This document shows, one piece after another, positions 12,901 to 24,477 of a stretch of DNA of 64,000 bases. The notes beneath the pieces are model-generated. The model saw nothing but the letters and a program-made list of their open reading frames with translations, did not search any database and was not told the origin of the DNA. Numbering within the stretch: the stretch's first letter is position 1; each line of letters begins with the position of its first letter. The translations under genes and the position numbers were made by a program. Source of the DNA: Antedon mediterranea (lineage: Eukaryota > Animalia > Echinodermata); the NCBI RefSeq assembly GCF_964355755.1, contig NC_092675.1, positions 30,538,912 to 30,602,911 on the forward strand. The letters are read 5' to 3'.

Positions 12901-14798
12901 CATTTCACCTTAAAATCACCTATAAAGTATATGTTATGTTTTTGCAAACATAGCTGTCTATAGTTCCTTGTAAGTCTTCCTCATTATAACTTGCTAGGGT
13001 GCTATAAGTATATTAATTTAAAAATAATATATCTATGATGCGTCTAGGATATAAAACAAGAAGAAGGAACTACAATTGTAATGTTGTAAACCACAGTTTT
13101 GCTACCTCATAAATTTACAAGTATGTTTGTGTATAGCAGCTTATTAATTAATTGTCGTAAACTAACCAAAAAAAGAAAAATAAGATAGGACAAAATTGTT
13201 TTAATAGATTGTTTTAAAGCCAGTATTTAACTTCCTATATTGGTTGATTCCACATTTGTATGGGTCAGTATTTGTGTATGGGTGTCAGGGTGTATATTTG
13301 AGTACGCTACAGTGTATTTTATTTTAACACATTACTTTGGTATGTGTATATCATATTTGTTCATATTTATTAATTACAGCAATAAATACGATTTTACTAA
13401 ACGGCATTGATTTGCTCAAATTTCGTTTTATTTTTTGTATCATTACATTTGAACAAATGAAATACGAAGCTTCCTTGTTGTAAGTGCTGTCCCTGCGCTG
13501 TGTCATTGTGTTTCTACTCGTTCTACGATAATAACAAATGCAATAGTTCGTCAAATGATACAAATTCTCGTTCCAACGCTAGTTTGCTGATTTGGGGTGA
13601 CTGACAATACATCTACCTGTACCATAACCAAAAGACAGAACAAATACAGTAACCACCAGTCGTGAAACTTTAAAGCATGTGGTTACTGATTACTTGGCAC
13701 GTTTTTCTTTCATTGTTTACGGATGTGCATCTAAACCTATCCCATCCGCTTTACTTTATCCTGATACCACACCTTATGTCTGACTTATGACGTCAGCAGA
13801 CAGCAATATGTACCTGTCGCCAGTACCGGTATTGATAGATATTCAACAAAAGTCAGTTTACTATTAGCTGGACAGGGTAGAATTTTACCGAGCTTTCATA
13901 AGCATACGTAACAGGCGTGCGCTACCCTCCCACATTTTTTGCTGTGCATTAAACAGTTCAGATGTTGTTTCTACCGTTTACGAATTATTACAAACGAAAT
14001 AAATGTAGGCCTAGTGAGTCTTCGTTCTTAAACGTGTTTTTTATGCATCCATGTGGATAATATAAAGGTACAACAAAGCTTTACTATTAGGCAGCTTAGT
14101 ACCGTTAATAAGCTGACAAAACAATACAATTTGACGTTGTTAACCTAATACTACCATCACCATATCAATATCGTCATCTTAATAATTCATCGTTTACTTT
14201 TATGACTCAATTTAACTGTTATCCATCCACCAACAATTAGCGACGTCAAATGTCGATTATCTTTAAATAATTATCGTAAAAAAGGTCCGTTTGATGTTTA
14301 CAACATGTATTATGTAGACATTGTATAGATAGCATAGATATGGCATATGGAGTTAGAGCTGGAAACAAGTTGAACGTGTTGCACCTTGTTGCAGCCCATC
14401 ACACACTTTGAACACAACTTGCTATAAAACAGTGTTGCAGTACAAACTGAAACAAGTTTGTTGCTTATCAACTTATTTTACATTAAACAATAGTAAAATG
14501 ATGTTTATGAATATTTTGAAGACATAATGTAAACATATTGCTAACTTTGATCCTTCGGAAACGTTTTTTTTTAATGTGTAAATTTGTATTTTGATAATAT
14601 CTAATCTGATGCTTTACTGATAAATACAGCAAATATACACATGTCTGTACACACACCTACATTTCCGTCCGTTCGTCATTGGATAACACACAACACGTCA
14701 CAGTACAATATACTTTTATGGCGTAAGTGAGTACTTATTATTAACAAAGTTCTTTAGGATTTTGTCTATTGTTTCAGTAAGTAAAACAGATAATAAGG

Positions 14799-15434
14799 AT
14801 GGAAAGCCATGGACATGGCTCTGCTATTGAGCATTACAGAGTGGTAGTGATGGGAACTGCAGAGGCTGGTAAGAGTGCTCTTGTACAACGTCTACTTCAC
14901 GGTGAATTCACTGACGGCTACACACCCACTGTGGAAGCTTTATATCCGTTTACAGAAGGTAAACCGGCTAATTGTGAGAAAATATCTATCGAAGTTCTCG
15001 ACACGGCTGGCTCGTATAACTTTCCTGATATGCAACGAATTTACATAAGTTCAGCAAATATCATCTTGTTGGTATATTCTCCTGATAACTATGAGTCTTA
15101 TAAAGAAGTGTTAAAACTACGTGAACTTATTAAAGATCAACTTGAAGACAAAGTGGTAGGCATGGATGTTCGCATGGTGGTAGTCAGTACAAAATCTGAT
15201 ATAGATCATAAACAACAGAAAATAACATTAGCAGAAGCGGAATTAGAGTTTATTCAGTGGGATATTCCTGTAGTAGAAACGTCAGCTAAGGAAAACACTG
15301 GTTTTGAAGCCTTAAGGAGTTACATAGCTGATTATATAGGGAAAAGAAAAACAGGTGGAAAACAGAAACATCGCCTTTCACGGCTATTATCGAAAATAAT
15401 GAAATCAAAAAGTGATGACGAAGAAGGGACATAG
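14799..15434 (+). CDS. Ras-family small GTPase (DIRAS/RASD/Rhes-like), single coding exon
   Basis: G1 GTAEAGKS, G2 YTPTVE, G3 LDTAGS, G4 STKSD, G5 ETSAK; no CAAX at the C-terminus. Confidence 0.9.
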   Translation: MESHGHGSAIEHYRVVVMGTAEAGKSALVQRLLHGEFTDGYTPTVEALYPFTEGKPANCEKISIEVLDTAGSYNFPDMQRIYISSANIILLVYSPDNYESYKEVLKLRELIKDQLEDKVVGMDVRMVVVSTKSDIDHKQQKITLAEAELEFIQWDIPVVETSAKENTGFEALRSYIADYIGKRKTGGKQKHRLSRLLSKIMKSKSDDEEGT

Positions 15435-15916
15435 ATTTGTATTTCATATTATACATTGTAAATTAAAATTATTTGCTTTGCAAGTGAGCTACTCTGCCAT
15501 ACATATTATTCATGAATTCGATTACGCTATACCGTAAGTTGATAACAAATAAATAGAGCAAATGATTTTAGTGTAACTATAAAGCAAGTTGAATCACTGG
15601 ATATAACAAAATACATATAATGAACAACTATGGTGTAGGCCTAGTAGCTGCTGCTGGAACAAATAACTGGAAATTGTCGAGTGTCAACCTGCCGGATCAA
15701 GCTATTGCATGAGTTTACATTAGAATTTGTTTTAATAAGTTTTTAATTTTAAATACCTTTGCCAGTAAATAAAAGGAATTTTTTAAGTCGTTTTATCTTA
15801 TTCCAGCTAGCATCTCGATATTGCACCAAACTAACGTGAAGGAAAATGAAATTGTGGATAAGATATTTACACTATGTCTAAAGATTGAACTTAATATACA
15901 TTTTGAAGTTTTAAAA

Positions 15917-15987
15917 TTATGTAGGCCTATTATGTAGGCCTATTATGTAGGCCTATTATGTAGGCCTATTATTTGTAGGCCTATTAT
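15917..15987. repeat. 13-bp tandem repeat
   Basis: tattatgtaggcc x~5. Confidence 0.8.
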
Positions 15988-16062
15988 ATTTACTTGCTCG
16001 ATATTCGCTTTTGACAATTCTGTTTCTTTCTATTTGTTTTGTACTTTACTTCTTTTATTTTA

Positions 16063-16872
16063 AGAAAACGTAATGTGCAGAAAGCGTAATGTGCAGAAAG
16101 CGTAATGTGCAGAAAGCGTAATGTGCAGAAAACGTAATGTGCAGAAAGCGTAATGTGCAGAAAGCGTCATGTGCAGAAAGCGTAATGTGCAGAAAGCGTA
16201 ATGTGCAGAAAGCGTAATGTGCAGAAAGCGTAATGTGCAGAAAACGTAATGTGCAGAAAACGTAATGTGCAGAAAACGTAATGTGCAGAAAGCGTAATGT
16301 GCAGAAAGCGTAATGTGCAGAAAACGTAATGTGCAGAAAACGTAATGTGCAGAAAACGTAATGTGCAGAAAGCGTAATGTGCAGAAAGCGTAATGTGCAG
16401 AAAACGTAATGTGCAGAAAGCGTAATGTGCAGAAAGCGTAATGTGCAGAAAACGTAATGTGCAGAAAACGTAATGTGCAGAAAGCGTAATGTGCAGAAAG
16501 CGTAATGTGCAGAAAACGTAATGTGCAGAAAGCGTAATGTGCAGAAAGCGTAATGTGCAGAAAACGTAATGTGCAGAAAACGTAATGTGCAGAAAACGTA
16601 ATGTGCAGAAAGCGTAATGTGCAGAAAGCGTAATGTGCAGAAAGCGTAATGTGCAGAAAACGTAATGTGCAGAAAACGTAATGTGCAGAAAGCGTAATGT
16701 GCAGAAAACGTAATGTGCAGAAAACGTAATGTGCAGAAAGCGTAATGTGCAGAAAACGTAATGTGCAGAAAACGTAATGTGCAGAAAGCGTAATGCGCAG
16801 AAAGCGTAATGTGCAGAAAACGCGCAATGTGCGGATATAACGTAATGTAGAGATAAGGTAATGTGCAGAAAA
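16063..16872. repeat. 16-bp minisatellite (~48 copies)
   Basis: cgtaatgtgcagaaa(a/g) repeated; two variants differ at one base. Confidence 0.95.
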
Positions 16873-17203
16873 TCTATAGATAACATTTTTGTAGATAACA
16901 AAATGATTACAACATTTTTTTGTAAAGATATCTAAAATCTGCAAAGTTTTGGTGCAAAGAGTATAGATACCGAAAGTGAAATTTAAGTATAACTTTAATA
17001 AGACCTTTTTTTTACAATATAAGAAGTCTGTTCAGTCGTGTTAAATTCATTGAACCATAATATAAGAGAGATTTGGTAAGATGAGAGTTGGAAGTACGAA
17101 CTTAACGTGATTCGTCGAACTACAAATTGAGAAAACTTACAAATGCTGTCAATTTCTGATAGCACGATCCTACAGTATTTCCTGCGCTACGCTTTAATAC
17201 TCG

Positions 17204-18175
17204 GGTGTCACTACAGTGTTATTTAAAACTTGTACGGTGTCACTACAGTGTTATTTACTACCCGTACGGTGTCACTAACCGTGTTATTTACCCGTACGGT
17301 GTCACTAACTGTGTTATTTACTACCCGTACGGTGTCACTAACAGTGTTATTTACTACCCGTACGGTGTCACTACAGTGTTATTTACTACTCGTACGGTGT
17401 CACTACAGTGTTATTTACTACTCGTACGGTGTCACTAACAGTGTTATTTACAACTTGTACGGTGTCACTAACTGTGTTATTTACTACCCGTACGGTGTCA
17501 CTAACCGTGTTATTTACCCGTACGGTGTCACTAACTGTGTTATTTACTACCCGTACGGTGTCACTAACAGTGTTATTTACTACCCGTACGGTGTCACTAC
17601 AGTGTTATTTACTACTCGTACGGTGTCACTACAGTGTTATTTACTACCCGTACGGTGTCACTACAGTGTTATTTACAACTTGTACGGTGTCACTACAGTG
17701 TTATTTACTACCCGTACGGTGTCACTAACCGTGTTATTTACCCGTACAGTGTCACTAACTGTGTTATTTACTACCCGCACGGTGTCACTAACAGTGTTAT
17801 TTACTACCCGTACGGTGTCACTACAGTGTTATTTACTACTCGTACGGTGTCACTACAGTGTTATTTACTACTCGTACGGTGTCACTAACAGTGTTATTTA
17901 CAACTTGTACGGTGTCACTAACTGTGTTATTTACTACCCGTACGGTGTCACTAACGGTGTTATTTACCCGTACGGTGTCACTAACTGTGTTATTTACTAC
18001 CCGTACGGTGTCACTAACAGTGTTATTTATTACCCGTACGGTGTCACTACAGTGTTATTTACTACTTGTACGGTGTCACTACAGTGTTATTTACTACTCG
18101 TACGGTGTCACTAACAGTGTTATTTACTACTCGTACGGTGTCACTACAGTGTTATTTACTAACCGTGTCACTATA
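17204..18175. repeat. ~30-33-bp minisatellite with higher-order structure
   Basis: Unit gtgtcacta(a)cagtgttatttactacccgtacg with recurring variant order. Confidence 0.95.
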
Positions 18176-19695
18176 CAGTATTATTTATTATTTTTAGTAT
18201 TTGTATCAAATATTTTATAGTCGAACAGCAATGAGCGCCCTCTCCTGCATGTTTCAATAAAGGGTAATAAATATGTATAAAGTGTATTGTCAATTGTTGT
18301 ACAAGACCAGGGAACAAATTACGATTCTTTCTAATGAAGTGAAACATAATAGTGTCTATAGAGCCTCACAAACGGTATGTATTATGCAACATGTTACATT
18401 TTTATTTATGTACTATCAAAGCATTGCTATCTAAAGAACATAATTACGATCATCCTGGATCGATAGGGCATATAGTATATTGTTGCTTACGTTGTATATA
18501 ATTACGTGTTATTATGCGTATAGTAAAAGTATTCACATTTATTGTATTGGTTATGGTTGAGTGACGTGTGAAATTATTATTATGTAGTAGTCCGTATTAG
18601 TATATTGACACAGAAGTCTAAACTAGCAACATTTAGGTTGTAAAGTCGAACAAACTCCGATTTTGTAAACAAACAATTGATAAGTTATCATTATGAGTGC
18701 ATCGTTTGTGTGTCAGTAGGCTTACTGGTAATAATGGTAATGTTCCACCAAGTTAACAAAAATATAAAAAATATTTAGCACTCGAAACAATTAACATGTA
18801 CAATAAAACAGCATTCGAAGAAAAATTATACAATACACTCTCCAGTAAGAAAAATTACAAATTTAGAAATGTTTCACTAAAAAAATGAATAATGAAATCA
18901 AACTGAACATAGATTTAAATGCTTAAAGACCAGCAACTTACCGTATTTTAATTATTTAAGAAATATTAGGTCTACTAATGAGTATAAGGATACTTGTTTC
19001 AATCGACATTGAATCAATCTTTTTTCCGAAGTCAAAGGTCAACTGCCTGTATCAATAACCAAAAAAAATGATTTATTCATTCATTAGTGGAAAATTACTT
19101 TCATTTATTGTGATTTACATATAAAATATACATACAAACATTACATACAAAACATACATTGCTCTGAGATACAAACAAAAAGATGTATTTAAAATCATAT
19201 CGCTCGTGCTTTAGGTCTGTGGTAGTAATTTCTACAGGGTCATTGGGTCTTTAATGGCCTTTGAATCGTGTTCATTTATTTGTGGTTTTCTATTCTTATT
19301 GAAAAATTCAGTTCCTGACCTTCCTAGTATTTGTAACTTGTATTATTTTTTTAGTGGATTAGACCTTGCTACTCGACAATGTGTCTCTCTAATAGGTGCG
19401 TCCCTTGAATAAGATTGATCGTAATAGACGCGTTTTACAGTAAAAGTGTCACCATAATTGATGTGTCCTAAATGAGATGTTCCACTGTATTGTAAGGACT
19501 TCGATTTGAAATCACAAACCTGTTGTTTAATAGCCTATACTTTAGAAATGTTCTTTCTCCTGAGAACAGTATCTTCTTTAAGATTACACGCACATGGCCT
19601 ATAAGAATTTATGTTTAGGCCTATAGGCCCAACATTTAATTTTTATCATTATTTCTAAATATTTGCTTAATGTACTTCTTTCTTTTTTTAAGATA

Positions 19696-20649
19696 ATGGC
19701 GGCAGAGAGCGAGTATAATTTTGATGAAGACGAAGGTGCGAGTGGGGGGAAGAGTGAGGTTTTCTCCTCGATTAGTTCTTTATTAAGTTCACCCCCTGAA
19801 CTGACTCATTCATCTTTACAACACAGCACAGACTGCTTAGCGAAGGCCTTTAAGGATCTGATGGCCGATCGGGACAGACTTTGGGAGGACCGTTATTCCG
19901 ATCGTAACAAAATTGTACAATTAAGCGCTAAACTTCTAGAAAAAGAATCAGAAATTGAAAAAGTATATGAACTACAGAAAGAAGTAGATACATTTCGTAA
20001 AGCTATAGATGGTATGTGGAAGAAATTGGTGGATCAAAATTGTACTGACAAAGAGCTGAAGAAAAAGGATGTAGAAGAGAAGATTGTGATTATACAAAGT
20101 TTGCAACTAGATCTTGCTAATGTAAAGAAAAAACATAATGAAGAAACCGAACAATTGCGCAACCAAATTGTAAACTTTAAAAAAAGTAATACGGACCTTA
20201 ATAAGGAATTGGTAGAGAAAATGCGTTTGTTAGCAGAATGGAAAAATAAGTTTGAATTAATGAAGGAAGAAAACGCTCGGCTTCAAACGAAAAACGCTCG
20301 GCTTCAAACGGAAGTCCGTCGACTTAGTGAATCGAATCTCGACGAATGCATTTCTTGCAGACAGAAATTTGATCCTAATACTTCAGAGGATAACGAATGC
20401 CAGTACCACCCACTTCCACCAATGGGGTTGACCCAGTGGCAAAGATGGCCTGTAGCCGAATTTGTTGACAAACAGCGCTATCATAAGTACCACTATTACG
20501 CATGCTGTAATACGTTGACTAAGAATAGGCCAAGAGGATGCATTCCAGGTCGTCATCATGTCAACTGGAATGTCAATCTCTGTGCTGTTTTCCAAGAAAG
20601 AACATTCATGGAAAATGAGGACCAACGACCTACAATCATTGACAATTAA
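19696..20649 (+). CDS. Coiled-coil protein with C-terminal CHORD-like Cys/His module
   Basis: Long ORF after acceptor ttttttaag| with ATG at 19696; heptad-rich central region; CISC..FDPN...C.YHP...YACC....GC..G.HH pattern. Confidence 0.75.
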   Translation: MAAESEYNFDEDEGASGGKSEVFSSISSLLSSPPELTHSSLQHSTDCLAKAFKDLMADRDRLWEDRYSDRNKIVQLSAKLLEKESEIEKVYELQKEVDTFRKAIDGMWKKLVDQNCTDKELKKKDVEEKIVIIQSLQLDLANVKKKHNEETEQLRNQIVNFKKSNTDLNKELVEKMRLLAEWKNKFELMKEENARLQTKNARLQTEVRRLSESNLDECISCRQKFDPNTSEDNECQYHPLPPMGLTQWQRWPVAEFVDKQRYHKYHYYACCNTLTKNRPRGCIPGRHHVNWNVNLCAVFQERTFMENEDQRPTIIDN

Positions 20650-20664
20650 TGCACTTTTTATCAT

Positions 20665-20814
20665 CTATCAAATCCATTAAGTATAATATGATATGCCTAT
20701 ATATGGACATGATGATGTCATATCACTCCCATATTTGGGTATATCAATACAATGCCATATTTGGGCACATCACACTTTTTTTGTCAAAATAGATTGATAT
20801 TGTAAACAGAGCTT
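20665..20814. mobile_element. Degenerate copy of MITE family with TIR AAGCTCTGTCTACACTATCAAACT
   Basis: Internal ccatatttgggcacatcacacttttttgtcaaa and right end gtaaacagagctt shared with copies at 28663, 29232, 33321, 50300, 60170. Confidence 0.6.
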
Positions 20815-23200
20815 TAGACACCTACTGTTAAGTAGCCCTGTCCAATAATTAATATCCGTCAAAAGAAATTTCAACTAGCAATACTGTATCAAAATTACGT
20901 TTTTTGATTAGGATCTTCTTTCTATGTAAATACAGGTAGTATATTGTTGTAATGTAATAATTTTGTTCAGGGTTAGAATAGGGTCTATGACACGGGTCAC
21001 ATGTGGTTTAAATGTGATGCTGTATCAAGTAATTCGCCTATGATACTGGGCAAATTTAGATAAAGTATCGAGAATCGGCTAACAGTACACCGAAAAACAA
21101 TAAACAACACAGACCTACATGTACTGCCCAATAATAAAGTGGAAAAGACCATCGAATGGATTATGTAGTGATCATTAAAGTAATTTTTTATACGAATAGT
21201 AAAAGAATGCATAATTGTGTATAGTAATAAAATATTCCTCCCTTTTTGGTGAAGAATAGGGGAACAAAAATATGTATTTTACTAATTTTAGACCTTAAGT
21301 TACAAATAAAAACTAAAACTATCATAATGTTTTTCCGTCCAGGTATATTTAGAACAGAAAAGAAACTGCGAATTCTGATTCAAAAGTACCTTAGATTTTA
21401 AAGATATAAAAAGGTGAATATAGAGCATAGAAATCAACGAAAGTTTACGAATTAATAATAGGGACAAGAAAGGGAAATTCCCACATAGTTTTAAATTATG
21501 ACCCGCGTCGGACCAGTAGTAGCAGCGCACAATGATCAGGCTGAATTGTACCTTAAACTTCATGCGTTCATTATGTTACGTTTCAGTACAATTAATTCAA
21601 GTATTGTTTTGTGAATACTGTATTGAATGTCATGTGTATTGAATTTATTTATTTATCGGAATGTAGTATGCCAATGTCATAGAAATACATTGATTCTAAA
21701 GTTCAATCCAATCTAGCTACGGGCACATTTTAGTGTTTCCCATAATAGGCCTAAGTATATAAAGCAGCAAAAAAATAATAGCCACAATACAATACGTTTT
21801 ATTGTGGCATATTTTCAGTTAATCTGCAAGTGTAAATAGGAACAATACAATACGTTTTATTGTATCATATTTTCAGTTAATCTGCAAGTTTAAATAGCCA
21901 CAATACGTTTTTAAATGAGGTTGAAGGGAAGACGTTATGGGACCAGAGCTTAATTACTAAACTATAATAAAGGCGAGCGAAAAAAAGAAAGCTGTTGTTA
22001 CCTTATATTTATTCACTTTCTGTTTTGATTATATTATGATTAAATATATTAGTGCATTTATATTGCATCCTTTTATAATACATTAGATTGCCTATACATG
22101 TTGTTTATGTTGTTAGTAAGCTTCGTTTCGACTAAGCAACGTAGCCAATCACAAATAGTTGAATCTTATTGAAAGTCAAGCTTAAAATACAAAAAGAATT
22201 GTGGTAGTGATGCAATCATTCCTTCCCTACCACAAGTAACAAAGGGACAACTTTGGATCCGCTGTAAAGGTAATTGAAAGGAAGCAATGAGTCACGAACC
22301 TATCTTGAATTAAAATGAAATAAAAAATTACAAATTAAAGTGAAAACTCTAAAATAACGTTAATTTAAATAGTGAGAACTTCTATATAGTACCAAACCAG
22401 AAGATTTGACCTTCAATGAAAGCATTAAAGACAAAGTGGATTAAGGGTGTATGAGATTAATACAAATAGAATTATCTATGGTGCCTTACCAATAGCGAAT
22501 TTTATTATAAATACAGGAATATTTTTTTTTATTATGTCATGAAAGTTCGATATTTATTATTTTAGTTCTTCTTAACGAATAATTAGTTAATTAATTGTTT
22601 GTTAATTGCACTGACAATGTGTGCAACATCTGAATAGCAAATCCAATCCAGTTTGGGAATATTTACCTTGTTTAACAAAATTAATTACAATGCAACTATT
22701 CAAAATCAGTTTTTTAAAACATGAAACACATATTTAGTGATGTTGCAGCATTTTATCAAAACAAAACATTTCTGGCATTGTGTCAAATTTATCTCTAGTT
22801 TGTATGGGTTTGACTTTTGCTCGTTTATTAGGAAAACAAATAAGTGTAACTTTGATAAACACATTCGTGAACACATTCGTGAACACATTCAATGCTGTGA
22901 GAAGGAATTGCAGAATGGAATTATGAACGAAGTGTGAATACAACACAAGAGAGAATAAACTACTAAAGGTAAGACGTCACAGCTGCAAGTTACCAAACAT
23001 GAATCATTATGTATATTCGTTATACAGCATATGTTGTTGTTTAGTTGTCAAATGTTAGTATTTTATTTGAGTAAAACTAAACAAAGAACTATTCATCTTT
23101 TGCATTACAAAACTGCCGTGGAAAATGTGGTTATGTTAATAGTGATATTATACAATTTAAGCATTACAGTATAATGATATGCTTCAATGCACATATGAAT

Positions 23201-24477
23201 GTACCACACAACATCAATTGGCTGTCTGTCTAACTGTGATGTACCACACAACAGAAATTGGCTGTCTGTCTAACTGTGATGTACCACACAACATCAATTG
23301 GCTGTCTGTCTAACTGTGATGTACCACACAACATCAATTGGCTGTCTGTCTAACTGTGATGTACCACACAACATCAATTGGCTGTCTGTCTAACTGTGAT
23401 GTACCACACAACATCAATTGGCTGTCTGTCTAACTGTGATGTACCACACAACATCAATTGGCTGTCTGTCTAACTGTGATGTACCACACAACATCAATTG
23501 GCTGTCTGTCTAACTGTGATGTACCACACAACATCAATTGGCTGTCTGTCTAACTGTGATGTACCACACAACATCAATTGGCTGTCTGTCTAACTGTGAT
23601 GTACCACACAACATCAATTGGCTGTCTGTCTAACTGTGATGTACCACACAACATCAATTGGCTGTCTGTCTAACTGTGATGTACCACACAACATCAATTG
23701 GCTGTCTGTCTAACTGTGATGTACCACACAACATCAATTGGCTGTCTGTCTAACTGTGATGTACCACACAACATCAATTGGCTGTCTGTCTAACTGTGAT
23801 GTACCACACAACATCAATTGGCTGTCTGTCTAACTGTGATGTACCACACAACATCAATTGGCTGTCTGTCTAACTGTGATGTACCACACAACATCAATTG
23901 GCTGTCTGTCTAACTGTGATGTACCACACAACATCAATTGGCTGTCTGTCTAACTGTGATGTACCACACAACATCAATTGGCTGTCTGTCTAACTGTGAT
24001 GTACCACACAACATCAATTGGCTGTCTGTCTAACTGTGATGTACCACACAACATCAATTGGCTGTCTGTCTAACTGTGATGTACCACACAACATCAATTG
24101 GCTGTCTGTCTAACTGTGATGTACCACACAACATCAATTGGCTGTCTGTCTAACTGTGATGTACCACACAACATCAATTGGCTGTCTGTCTAACTGTGAT
24201 GTACCACACAACATCAATTGGCTGTCTGTCTAACTGTGATGTACCACACAACATCAATTGGCTGTCTGTCTAACTGTGATGTACCACACAACATCAATTG
24301 GCTGTCTGTCTAACTGTGATGTACCACACAACATCAATTGGCTGTCTGTCTAACTGTGATGTACCACACAACATCAATTGGCTGTCTGTCTAACTGTGAT
24401 GTACCACACAACATCAATTGGCTGTCTGTCTAACTGTGATGTACCACACAACATCAATTGGCTGTCTGTCTGTCTGT
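23201..24477. repeat. 40-bp near-perfect minisatellite (~32 copies) abutting the UBE3C stop codon
   Basis: gtaccacacaacatcaattggctgtctgtctaactgtgat repeated without spacers. Confidence 0.97.

Noticed and set aside
16060-18220. Long ORFs (294 aa, 244 aa etc.) in the ORF track
   Set aside because: Translations of stop-free minisatellites; open in several frames.
23201-24477. CRISPR-like appearance of 40-, 44- and 58-bp arrays
   Set aside because: Units are contiguous with no unique spacers, no cas genes, eukaryotic context.
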